Assembly (NCBI GenBank): GCA_036172245.1
Contig: JAYWIR010000004.1
Location: 992,001-1,056,000 of the forward strand
Direction: 5' to 3'
Length of the DNA: 64,000 bases
From: Raillietiella orientalis
Lineage: Eukaryota
A program made the translations under genes and the position numbers. The notes under the pieces are model-generated. The model was not told the origin of the DNA. It saw only the letters and a list, made by a program, of their open reading frames with translations, and ran no database searches. Below are positions 1 through 12,289 of this stretch, one piece after another (position 1 is the stretch's first letter; each line of letters starts with the position of its first letter).

Positions 1-1280
1 TCTCGAGGCTCGGAAGCAGGGAGTCAATCTCTGGAGCGCAGGTCAAAAGGATTCGCCCCATCACCCGACGCGGCGAGAGCGAACCTGGGGGCAACGGCAG
101 ACACGGCGGCCACAGGGAAGGCGTGTTTTTAGCCATCGGCAAGTCTCGGTTCGTTCATACGAAGACGGCGTGGAGGCAGGGCAGGACCGCGGTGGCTAAG
201 GGGACGCTCCGAGCGCGTACCGCCGAAAGGGGATCGCGGGGCGCAGCGGGTTGCGGGATGCCTCCTTTCCGGGAGCTTGGGACGGCGAAACAAAAGCAGG
301 CAGCAGGGCGTCCGGGACCGCTCGTGAAGGACGAGTGACCGGGAGGATGGTCGAAAAGCAAAGTTCCTGTGAGTCGGGAGCTCTCCTGCAGACGGGTTTG
401 CCTCAGTTGAAGCCAAGGGGAACCTGGATGGAGCTCCGGATTCGCACTCTTGGCTCATGTGATACACATGGGCGGCATCCACGCGTGGACACGGCGCACC
501 ACATGCGGACGTTCCAGATAGAATACGTCGTGCCATGTACGGGGGAGAGCGATGTGCATCGACGTTCCACACCAAAAGGAGCCGCTGCCGCCCACGGCTC
601 CCTTGGATCTCTCCGGATACGAGAGTTGTCCCCCGTTCGGAACGAGGCAAAGCGACTCCCCCGCGTTGATCGGCAGCCTCGCGAGCGATCCTGAGGATGA
701 GATAACGAACGAAAGCCTGGAGATCTCTCCGAAATCTGGCCTCGGCCCTTCCCAAGGAGAACGGGACTGTCTCAAGCGAGAGTCGGTGATTCCAGAGGCA
801 GCAGCCCAGTTGCAAAAAGCGTCACGAGATCACAACCAGTTGTTACGAAACCGAAAGTTTTTTCTTTCTTTCTTTCTTCTTCTTCCTCTCTCGAATCGCT
901 CTCTGGAACCCGTGATTACAAAACAAAGAAATTTTTTGACAGGGGCTCCGGCGCAAGAAGTCTCGTCAGAGAGACGGATAGAGAGCGAGATGATTCTCTT
1001 TCAGGATGATCTTTTGGCGAGAGTAGAGCGAGAAAGACCGCTCCTGGGTTTAGAGACAGATGTGGCTGGCGAGACATTCAGTTGCACGCCTCCTCGTCGA
1101 AGGAAAATCTTACGGGTAGCTCCGGACTGGGAGAACCCAGAAATCGGCACCACCGAGGATGCGGAAGAAGCGAAAAGCATCGGGCGGAAGAGCAGTTTGG
1201 AGAGTGGCCTCTGTTCTGTGCTCTGTTCGCTGCTTCAGAGGAAACCTGGAGGCTTTCGTTCGAATCTGGAGAGCAAGTGA
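1..1280 (-). mobile_element. Probable LINE ORF1 (gag-like) remnant
   Basis: GC-rich. ORF 129-815 has a Cys/His cluster (CGAPCPRVDAAHVYHMSQEC) followed by a Pro/Ser/Arg-rich tail, similar in organisation to other ORF1-like remnants in the window. Confidence 0.3.
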
Positions 1281-1699
1281 TGTGAAGGTGCTTTGCACCG
1301 AAACGAAATCCATCCACGAACAATGACCGTAGCCCCCAAAACAGGGTCCACTTCTGCATTGCTCTTTTGCTCCTCCTTTCAAGAATCGACATTGTGTGCG
1401 TACTGTGAGCCACACGGGGAAAGTTCGACCTTGTACACATGCGCAGCTGTGCGTGAATGCAACCGTATTACACGGGGTCCATGTCCTACTTTAGCAGCAG
1501 CAAGAGAGTTAAAGTGCAGCATTTCCCTCGCAGCACGTGGAAATATCAGAGAAGACCATGCTAGAAGGCTTTTCACCTAAGAGGGATTCGAAAAGGCCAG
1601 CTTAAAAATAGTAAGTCGTGGATCCTAGAAGTCAGAATGAAATCATCAAACTTTCCTCGATCTACGGCAGTCCCACAACGAGAAAGGCAAGAATGATTG

Positions 1700-3661
1700 A
1701 GAAGATTCCGAGGAACACGGTCAGATGAGAACGCATGGAGGTTTCACCGGAAACCGACAACTTTGGCTGACTTCATCACCAAACCGTCAAAACATGAAGC
1801 ACTCTCCCCACCATGTGCTGTTTGGCTATCAACCAGTGGAAGATCCACGAGTGTTTCATAGAAACCTTCCCGTCAACATCTTCGCGTGTCATTTCTTTCA
1901 GGCTCCAAAGGCTTCATTATCCTATCGCTTTCCCTGTTATCATAGCTTTCCAGTCCTCTGTCGGGGAAGATTTTGCTCCCTGTTCCATTGCTGGCTTCCT
2001 GGAGGAAGCGTTGGCTTCTTCGATTGCACCTTTGCTGAAGTCCATGCTGGAAAGACTGCGTGGTTTGGGAACGCATTGCCAAAGTCCTTGTGCGGAAACA
2101 GTGTGCTGCTTCAAGTGCTTCACCCAGAATCTGTATAGTCGCTGCATTCTTTAGATTCTTTGCATTTGCATTCTTAGAATTTGGAGAATTCCTTAGATTT
2201 CGTTTCCCGGTCACACTATCCACATATGGATCCGATACTACCTTTTCTTTGCTTTCCCTCGATCATGCCGCAGAATTTCGTCTCCCAGAATTTCTCTATT
2301 TTGAATCCTTTCATTCTTAAACACTTGCCAAAAAAAAAAATGTTTTTTTTTAATGAGAAGCATTCAATGATTCACCAGATGAGCCATTTCCTAGACAGCT
2401 GATTATCTCCCAGATCATTCCTGCTCCACTTGCAAGCATCACGGCAAACCTTTAACCGTTTAAGAACCACGTCTCATTTGTAGTCTTCCATGCATAATCA
2501 GCAGAAAAATGCTAATCTTCATATCCTTTTCATCTCCTTTATTGTTCCACTATCCGAGACTGAGGCTTTTCGTTTGGAAATTGAGCCGCTCATCCTTGAA
2601 AAATAGAAGGATCTCTGGCAATGACCTGAGGTCATGCTTACTCCTCAAAAAGAAACCTAATCAGTTTTTTCGTCAAAATCTTCCGTTCTTCAATGAAGCG
2701 TTCCTAAAATCCTCAACGAGGATGGACAAGAAGAACCGTCCTGAAGAAACAGCAAGAAAAAAAATAGAGAACTCAGACCTAGTACAGTTCTTTCTCTGAG
2801 AAAAATCAACTCAGAAAAACACACAAGGCTGAACTGAGATTCAAGGAAAAGATTTAGAGATGTCCCTAGCCTGGAGGTGTCTCGTGGTCCCTAGCCTCTA
2901 TCGTACTGATTCTGGCACATCGGGCCTGAATTTCTCCAAGATTTCCTGCACACCTAGCAAAAGTTGAAACAACGATTTTAAAAATGAATTCGCCAGCTGC
3001 GGGGCTCTCTCTTCCATGAGCTCGCGGTGCACTTGTTGCTATTCCTCGCCAAGCATACTCATTGGAAGGCATTATTGAAAATAATCTGGCAATCCTGATT
3101 TTCAAGATTCTGAGCTCTAGACCAGAGAGCAAATGGAAGCAAGCAGCGAGATGAAGGCAGGGCTGGAGGTGTCGGCACTGCAAGAAGCAAGCTTCTGATA
3201 GAAGCCTCCCCCGAGCAACCTGCTACAATACCCTGATGCTAAATTATCGTCTAAAACAAACTCCAGGATTTTTGCGGGTTTCTAGGAGGAGACGCTCAGC
3301 ATAAGCGGAGCCGAGAAATCTTTGCGTGCACTCGAAGCTGCACTCTCACTCAAACAGCGAGGAGACCCCATTCCGAGTTGGCGTGCGCTCCACGATAAGA
3401 GAACGGAGCGTGTGGTGGTGACGGCTACGTTTCCGTCTCCGGAATCATGAGAGGAAATTTTTTTTTGCAAGAACTAAAATGGAGGTTCACATTTTTCTGG
3501 GAACCAAAGATAACTCCGCTTTCTGAGGGGAGGAAGGAAGCTTTCGAGAATCCACCGCACGGGTGGTTAATATGACTGAAAATACCTACGGGTGGGAAGA
3601 CAGTGGTAGGAAGGTGCCAATATCCCCTTCCTCTCCACAGATTACTGTAGGTCTGTTGCAA
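1700..3661 (-). pseudogene. Degenerate NERD-like nuclease/SF1 helicase-like family copy
   Basis: Fragments in the expected order across frameshifts: QQTYSNL...TTVFPP (ORF 3425-3661), ISTIEAR (2866-3183), HMWIV, KRNLRNSPNS (1873-2223, helicase motif IV-like). Many stops. Confidence 0.45.
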
Positions 3662-5586
3662 AAGGTACAGATTTAAATTCTGCTTCGATCTCGTGCAAAA
3701 GATTTTTTTTTAATGGAAACTGGTGTACTCCCTACTGGAGTTGCAGAAGTGGCAACGAAAACACCAGAGGTGCTCTTTATCAGATGCACCCATCCCATGA
3801 GTCTTTACGCCCATTTTTCAGGAATCATGTCGCCACCGAGATAGAGGTTTATGACCTCAAATGACGGCAGCGATGATTCGCAAAACCGTCAGCGAATTTC
3901 TGTTGCTGTCGTCTGTCTCTGGCTACAGATTTCTCCCTTTTTAAAAAAAATATTTTCTCATGCTGCGCAAGTCCGTTTCGAAACACATTCTGATGAGAAT
4001 TGAGGGCTGAAATAACGGTGTGCATTACCTGCTTTCGATGCTGACGAATCATCCGTTACTTCCTGGAAACAGAAACAAATATTAATGTGGGCGCATGGAT
4101 ACGGGCGATCGTTTATCAAAATGCATGTGATACCGTTGCAGGCATTAGCATACACGCTCGACCTATGGACACGACGTCAAAAAGGAAGGGGCGCGTCCAT
4201 CATTATGGCTAACGTCGTTTCGTGAAGTGGGAAGGGATGAGAGACTGCTGTCGTCTGAAGATTAGTAGCGGGAAGCTGGCTAGATGCAGTTTCTGCGGTG
4301 GTTGCACGAGAGAGATGCGAAGCCAGCACGACAGCGGTCTTTGAAAGGCGTAGGAGACACGGGTTGGGTCGGAGGAGGAGATGGGACCTTCCGACCACTT
4401 TGTCAAGCTCGCGGAACGGCCCCTCAAAAAGCTGCGTACTCGCTCAAGCGCGCGTCACCGTTGCGGAGGTCCCTAAAGCAGATGCCCACGATTCCACCAC
4501 CGTCACAGAGATAACAAAACGAGCTGGGCTCGGTGAAACGAGTGGGCAATCGCGGAAACGCTTCCGCGTTCCCTCGGCAGAATCTCTCTGATCTTTGAGT
4601 AGCACAAGGAAACGCAGCTGTCGCCCTTTTGTGCCCAGGGGCAATAGCGCATGCAATCTAGAATCTCTCCTCCACCGTTATTTTGGGATAAGGTCCGAAA
4701 GCCGTCTCGAGTGGGGATCGAGTGAAGATTTTTTTATCTCAGTGGCTCGCTGAAAAACCAAAGAAAAAGCCAGAGTGTTTCTTCCTATTCCCCTCAGAAA
4801 GAGCAAGAGAAAGTGAAAAGAAGGTTGGATTCCTGCATTCGCTCATTTCACATCGTGAGGATGTTTGATTTATAGGATCTTCCCATGTAGTCTAGCATCG
4901 TGAACACTACCGAAATGAAAAAGGAGGAGACGGAGGAGAGGAAAAAGATGTGCCTGAAGTAGATGCTAAGGGAGACGACCGGAAATACCTCGGACGAAAA
5001 CGAGCCTCTCCGATGGATGCATTCGTCTTTCACTTGGCGAAACCTCGAGACAACTTGGCATCCACTTTGTTATCACACGAAATTTACCGTTCTTCATCGA
5101 TTTATGCGTGGCAAACCAGCATGCAACACGCAGCAAAGAGACATCGTAGCTTAATGAGAAATGGCCTCACGGAGCTGAACACAGCAGAGCTGCATGGACC
5201 GAATTTATGGGGGCACCTAAAGCATATTAACAGTAGTAGTCGCAGATGACGTCGAGCAACAGCAGCAGCTCTCTCAATAAGAACCAACAGGGGAATCAAG
5301 TGAGGTTAGAAAATGTTCATGTGGATCGCGTTGCTGAGCACCGAAAGAATCGGGTAATAGGGCGAATAGTGGCACCAGTGGATGCCGAACTCCGCACCCG
5401 ATCATTGCGTGGGAACGAGGCTGCGTGTCTGCTGCCGGCTCAACAAGCTTCATTGCATATGGCTGCGCACGCTAGAAGCGGAAACGAACATTCGGCATGA
5501 GCAGCAGAAATGTCGAGATAACGAAAAGCAGCCAACTTCGTCCCTCCCTTCGGCACAACGTGCTCGCAATTAAGTAATTCCCCTCA

Positions 5587-7400
5587 ATGGTAAAAAACTT
5601 CGGAAATGGGTATCCCTATTCCCAAAGCTCCTTGCGTGGGCCAAGCTATCGAGCTAATCAGACGAATGTCAATTTCGCATTTTGTCCTAAGGAGTCCTCT
5701 AGAGGGAGAATCGTTGGATTGGCCGTGTACTTGAGCCCGCAACCGAAAGGAGAGAAGACGCTCCAAGAAGACATGTGCATGTGTTCTAGGGAGGACAGGC
5801 CTGATGCCGGTTCTCGACCATCTTTCCGAAATGCCTCCTGCAGCGCGGTAGTCTTCCTTGGGAGACAGGAGCCTCTTCTCTTTCTCCCTCGAGCCTGGAA
5901 ATGCGGTCTTCTCCGCAAGCCTTGTCGTGACAGAGACCAGCATGTGGTCAAGCTGAAAGCTCCAGACAGCAAGCAAGAACACAGAAGGTGGAAGCACTCG
6001 TTCGAAACTTCTTTGAGAGAAATCGAGGTGGTCACTGAGGAAGGATCCAAGCACCATCTCTCTCCTCGTGAAAAATTTTTGCGAGTCTTTGTCTGATGGC
6101 ACAAGAAAAAGAAAGTCTAAGAGTTCGAGGCAGAGAGAAAAAAAAGGAAAACAGAACGGGATTCTGCCATCAGTCCCTCCGGACAGACTAGAGCAGGATG
6201 ATCAGACAGTCACAAATTCACGACCCTCCATCAAGTCGACTGAGAATCGTGATTGTCAGCTGGACCTGGCAGCCTAATTCCTGCTCGGATCTAGTGGTAT
6301 TGAGGGCGCATCCCGTCACAATGATACAAATGAAAACGAAAACACCAGCAGAAGGCAAGAAAAGATTCCTTTCCAAGATCTACTGATCTTGAGCATCACA
6401 AAGTGCATGGCTGCAGATGCCAAGAAGAAACCTAAGAGACGTACACATCATGGACGACGGACTTAGTGGAAACGCGGAGGATGCAAGCAACTCAGCTGCA
6501 AGAAGTGGCAAAAGAAGTGTTTGAAAACCATCATCCAGAACCTTTTGAGCACTTCTTCAACTTGCAACATCACAGAGCCAGAGCTCATCTCTGGGCATTC
6601 GTTTCTGTTCCTTGTCGGAGAGCAAAGATACCACGCGAACTTCAAAACCAAGGAAACCACATGAACCACAAGATCAAGATGATCCCTGTGTTTAACGTTT
6701 GCGATTCCTAATGAATGGGTGGGCAGAACGCTTTCCGATACAGGTGTCAATACGGTCAGGCACATCGAGAAGCAAGCAAAAGGGACATCGAAGGTGATGT
6801 GCGAAAGACATGTTGGGTTCCAAAAGTTCGACTGACAGTTTCAACACTCCAAGATAATTTCAAACGAAACGGGAAAGAAATCTTATTCTCTTCAGACAAA
6901 ACACAGCTAGAGCCACAACGCCAGAGTGAAGCAAGAACTCCCACCCTTTTGGAGCTAATTGATGACTACTTCGGGATTTCAAGAAGATGAAATGCAACTC
7001 CCCGAATCCCGGAAACAGATGCTGAGTATCATACCGACGCACTGCTGCTGAGTATTGGGTTTGCAACATCATGGAAACAAAGCAACTCAAATTCGAAGTC
7101 GTCTGATTTGAAAGAAGTCACAAAGCACTGGCGGAGAAGACATCAGCAAATATTCCTTTCCTTGAAGATGCAAAGCGTGCATCTTCACAGAACTGACAAC
7201 AAGAGCTCCAGACATCACACAAGGATGAGCACGAAGGAGAGAGCGATGTCACAAGAGCATTTATTGAAGAGAGAAGCTGGTGATGTGGAGAACTCTGTGA
7301 ACTTCGAGTGTCTTCTCCCTCCTATAGAAGGAACGATTGGGAATTCAACCATAGCTGCCACGTAAAGAGCAGCAGAGATGATGCGGCTTAGGTAAACTCG
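5587..7400 (+). pseudogene. Degenerate NERD-like nuclease/SF1 helicase-like family copy
   Basis: PQPKGEKTL (ORF 5587-6096), YIMDD (Walker B-like, ~6442-6458), RAHLWAF (6466-6711), TLQDNFKRNGKEI (6715-6990, motif IV-like). Confidence 0.4.
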
Positions 7401-8291
7401 TGAGACCTTTCTCGGAATAAGAAATGAGATCGCGCTCGCAACCACACAACGAACAAAGGATCATTGAGCATCAAGAAGAAGATGCGTCAGAGAAAAATCT
7501 CAATTTCCATGATCAGAGAGCGCCCTGGTAACTCTAGAGTCTACATACTTCATCTGATGTCCAAGATAGACGTCTAGAACGGATGAATGTTTTCTTCTTA
7601 TCGATTCTCATGAATTTCTAATTTTCCTACTAAAAATCGGTTAACAGCAGGGTCATGACGCGTTGCCCTCATCTCAAAGCGTGAGATGTAAAGAAACTTT
7701 GGGTTTTTAGGAATCGGGAATAAAAAGGGTGGCCGACGGCATTAGCGAATGGAGCGTTGCCTCCGCAACAGAACCGAACTTCGTCTTCCTTCTCGAAATG
7801 GGGTCTGATAGTCAGACTGTCGCACTTAAGAATTATTTGTGAATTCCAAGGTGCGGCAGCTTCAAGGAAAAGGACTGGGACCAACGTCCCTCGAGTAGAG
7901 GAAGAGCTCCAGACCGAGTGTTCGCAGAGGAACTCGAAATTCGATATCGGAGCTTTGCCTACTGCCTCTGAAGAAAATAGAAAACAAGAGCGGAAAACCC
8001 AACAGTGAAGGAAGAAGGGAGGAGAGGATGGAAAGGGAATTGAGGAAACCGCTTCTTCCTGGTTTAGGATGGAACCGCGCGCTTCGACTCGTTCCTGCTC
8101 CCTCAGCCCCACTGGGACTCGGATAGGCAACAAGGAGCCATGCATTCCTCACTCTGGAAGAGCAGTTCGTCAAAACCTCCAAACAAGTCGAAGGATGTAA
8201 AGCACTTGGACCCCACGCCGAGGTTTCCACTTTGGTAACTTCAAAAAAAGTCAAAGGGAATGAAAAACAAAATGTGGTGATGCACATCCAC

Positions 8292-8315
8292 TTTCCGGAG
8301 ATGCATCTCCGGAAA
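8292..8315. repeat. Perfect 24-bp palindrome
   Basis: tttccggagatgcatctccggaaa equals its own reverse complement. Confidence 0.95.
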
Positions 8316-9216
8316 CGATGCGGTGCTTCTTTGCAGGTGAAACCAGAGGGAGTTCAAAGTAGTTAAAAGCAGCGCTCATCATACTGAGCTTTCTGGAATT
8401 TTCCGAGCCAGTAGTGAAAGTGTCATCCGCAAGTGGATCCATTTTTCCAGTTCTTTAGATGGAACTTAAAGACGAGAAGAGGAAGGAGGAAGCGGCTTCT
8501 CAGCAAGGTCGCTGAGATATCAAGAGTCTTCGCCTGCTGAGAACGTTTCCTGGTGTACCCAGAACGAACACCCATCCGGCTCGCTTTCTCAGCAAGGATG
8601 CGGAGGCAAAAGAAGTTTCCGAGCTTTTAAGGTGCAGAACGGTGAGGCTAGGAGCATGCCGTTGGCCTTTCGCTGCTGTCACGAGCTATGGCTTCGGATG
8701 GGGATGAAGAGGCAAAAGGGACAAATCAAACGCTTCGGCTGTTGCCATAAACCGGAGGTAAAACGGCCGTCAGTCTTTTTCTGAGCTAAAGCGCTTGCGG
8801 ACGGCGGCAAATGAAGATTTCCTAGCACCGACGAGTACTAACGAAAAGCACATTGTGCGAAGTTTCAGATGAGGGAGCGGTACAGAGATTGGACAGAGAA
8901 TAATTGAAAGTCACGACATTCCGAAGAGGTAGAAACATCTACCTCTTCCGGCTCGTTTCCTTTGTCTGGGATCAGGATGACCACACTGCCCAACGATCTT
9001 CATTAATTCCTATTCTTTCCAGGAGAATTTTCTCCGATCGAAATGCATGATGCATCGAACGAGATGCTGCTGTCGGTAAAGGAAAAAAAAAAGCAAAAAA
9101 AAATCTTGACATGTTAAGACTTCATCGTGAAGATTATCTTCATTCTAAAGGCTGCTACATCCATCCCAAATGCATTCATCGTTTCCAGAATGCATTTTCC
9201 TTCGTTTTTCTAGAGT

Positions 9217-11901
9217 TTAGCCAGATGGACATCTTGGGGTATCTCGAGACTGGAACTCGTAGAGCGCAGGATGAAGGGTTTTTAGAGAGCAAGTTCTGCA
9301 GCGGCAGCCCGCTCTGTAAAATACGTTCACCAGCTCTTGGACTCTGTGAAAGAAATTAGCGCGAGAAGGAACGATTCCTGTTGCCTCGGAATCATTGAAC
9401 GGCCGAAGCGGAGGCATCGAACCAACTGTCTGACTGGTTGCAGATGCAGCAGAACAAGCAGATGCAGATTGCGGCAAGGCAGGAATGTGAACCAGCCTTT
9501 CGGAGAACCCAAGTCCAGACCATGGAAGAGCTGGAGGTATTGTTCGTTCATCTCCAGCCCTCGCGCTTCCGAATCCCAGCCAAGAAGATATAGACACTGT
9601 GTGCACTCAGATGGACACCTTTCCCATCCCGTGGCACGCGCGGACTTCGGAGCTGCTTCGAGAGCATAGCAGAAATTTACATGTGGATTCAAGAGCGCGT
9701 GAAGTCTTTCCAACTCTGATGAAAAAAGCTTTGAGGAAGAACAAACAACTCGGAAATGTTTTTTGTAGAGTCGTAATGTAGCTGCTCTGGATGCTAACGG
9801 CTCAGTGGTGCGTCGAAAGCATCCGTACTTTCCGGAGATGGAAATAAATGACTGCTGCTCACTGAAATGCAAGATCCATCAGGAATGTGGATGTTTTCAC
9901 TGCTAATGCAGCAAGATATCACTGGAGGCACCCTCCATACGTCTAAGAGTTGTCAGTTTGTAGGCGTTGTTATAGTGTATTGGACTCCTCTTGCATCATC
10001 TTTGCGTGTTCAAAACTTTCCTATTTTATGAAAAGAGGATTCTTTGCCTCCCCTCCGATTTTTTGAGACGCGCCCACTTGGCAAATGGAAAGTCCACTCT
10101 GTGGTTTCAGACAGCGTTTTCGGTTTCTTTCTGGAGACCTACTTCGCTCCTTTGGCCCATCTAAGACCGCCTCAGTTTTGTGGAGTTGCGAGTCTTGGAG
10201 TCCACGATTGTCCGACACCAATAGAAAGTCGGGAAGTCGATAACGCATCGTCATTGCACGATTACCCCTGACGAAGAAATTGAAAGCTTTTGCCTACATT
10301 ATTCTTCATGGAGAAGTGGATGTTGAGGTTTTCCTAACTTTCATGGAAAGGAGATTGCAGCAGGTAGTTGCATGAAACTGTTCCCTAACCCAAAGGGCGT
10401 TGGTGAATGATCCACAGTAGGATTCTCTATTCATACGTTTCGTGCTGGGCCATCAGTCATCGAAACTCTGCTGATTCTGAGTTCATGCAACGCTGAATTG
10501 TTCTGTGGCTTTTCTTTGAGCTTCCCAGACTTTTCGGAAGAATTTCGTTCTTTCCTAGAAGGCAACCATTTCGTTTCTTTTTTTTTTTTCGTGACAGAGC
10601 ATGGCCACATTTAGAGTGCCGATCTTAGCTCTTCATCTTTCTGATGCTTCGTAACACTCTATGGATGGTTGTCGTTCCCGACTCCAAATGACCAACTGTA
10701 TTCTCATGTGTTCTTCACAGTAAACGTATGTATAGACTCCAAGGGGATAGGACGCAACAAGACACATCTCGCCGTATAGTCTCGAAATTTTGTCAAGGGA
10801 ATGGTTTGGACCTGTCGTAGTATGAGGTCTGGTCTGTGGAAAATCAACAAAAACGTTCAGCTTCTTCACAGACAAGTCTTCCGGGGAAAAAAACGCCCCA
10901 GCGTCGTCTTTACAGCTGGCATATTTACTGGGCTCACTGTCCGGGGCACCGTACAAACCATCGAGTGCCGAACTACATGGTCGAGTTGCTAGGTCACCAG
11001 CCTTTAGCCCCGAAATTGGATGTCAAGCCAGTAGGTCTAATCCAATGGCGACCCCCCCCCCTCCCCGGTGTCAAACGCAAGCTCGCGAGGTAGTCAAACG
11101 CAACCGTGAGAAGTCAATCCGTTCTTTGCTACGCCTTCGCCTCAACAAGGAACATCCCTGCTCTTAAACATCCCGCATAGGCCCAGCTTTTTTGCCCGGA
11201 GCGGTGCAGCTGGACGGGTCGTGCCAAACGCTGGAAAACCATGAACATCCCTCCCTCGCACTTTCTGCGCGATCCCGAATCTTTCAAAATAAATCTCCCA
11301 TGACTTTGAAAGACCCTAATTCCGTGCACTCCCTACGGATCAGATACAAAATAAAATCATTGAAGCCACTGACCTGGTTTTGCGAGACAATGGATTTCGA
11401 AGGATTCCCATTCATGTGCAAGTATTCTTTTGCCGAAGGACTAGACCTCTCGGAGCGGAGCATGCTACCTTGGAAAAGAAGGAGCATTAAGTATTTGTCG
11501 GAGATCACCAGTGAATCAGAGGTGCATGAACTGCTGTGATCCACAAATTGCCGATTCCCCCTCCGCAGCGCAGGTACATCATTACAAAATCCATGTATTC
11601 AGAGCTTTCTCCAAGAAGAAGCCATACGTCAAATTACACTTTCAATCAGTCCTCGGAACGGCGCTCAAAGAATCCATCTGGCGTTAAGATTGACCCCACC
11701 GTTATTCGTTTCAGAATTAAATCCGTGAGACCTGGCATGCGTCACATACAATAGGATGACCTCATAACGTGGAGGACTTGTAAACACGTTCTCTGCCAAA
11801 GAAGGAAAGACCTTTACAGGGAGCTCAGGCTGCAACTGCAACTCCGCAAACGCATGTGTTTGGATAGGAATAGCATCGTCCACGCTGTGCACCGAGCACA
11901 A
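9217..11901 (-). pseudogene. Degenerate NERD-like nuclease/SF1 helicase-like family copy (nearly full length)
   Basis: Ordered fragments in the ORF track: KVFPSLAENVFTSPP (11665-11901), VFQRL...AGMFLVEAKA (11129-11329, hhhExK nuclease motif), LVIWSRERQ (10633-10956), DSEARGLE (9327-9872, motif V-like), VFYRAGCRCRT (9217-9606, motif VI-like). Confidence 0.6.
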
Positions 11902-12289
11902 GATCGGCAGATGTACCAGATGTCCACCTTGACGAACTGGTCGGGAAAAAAAATCACGCCACCCAAATTTGGGTCAATTCGAGCCACTCAAGAGTTGAAC
12001 AGTATGCACGACATCATTTTCATCTTCAGATAGAATGATGGCATGATCCTCCCGTGCATCCCGATTTTAAAATGCCTCGTGGAAATGAGATTTTTTTTTT
12101 TTTTTTTTTTTACATGAATACTTGGTTAAAGAGAGCTAAGGCGAAGAACAGCCTAGGCATGTCATAAGATGCATCTGGTGACTGATGTGAAATGAATGTG
12201 GAAATCTGCTGTCGTTCAGAACGAGCATTGAGTACCCTTCCCGTTACCAGATGCATCTAATGACGTGTCTAGGGTGTTTTTTGTGCCCT

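Noticed and set aside
7669..8700. Possible LINE ORF1/APE remnant on the minus strand
   Set aside because: Only a compositional resemblance; no motif I can defend.
12090..12111. Long poly-T/poly-A tracts (here and at ~14140, 15404, 27850, 28322) as retro-copy tails
   Set aside because: They occur throughout, including inside pseudogene bodies, and have no TSDs. More consistent with homopolymer expansion.
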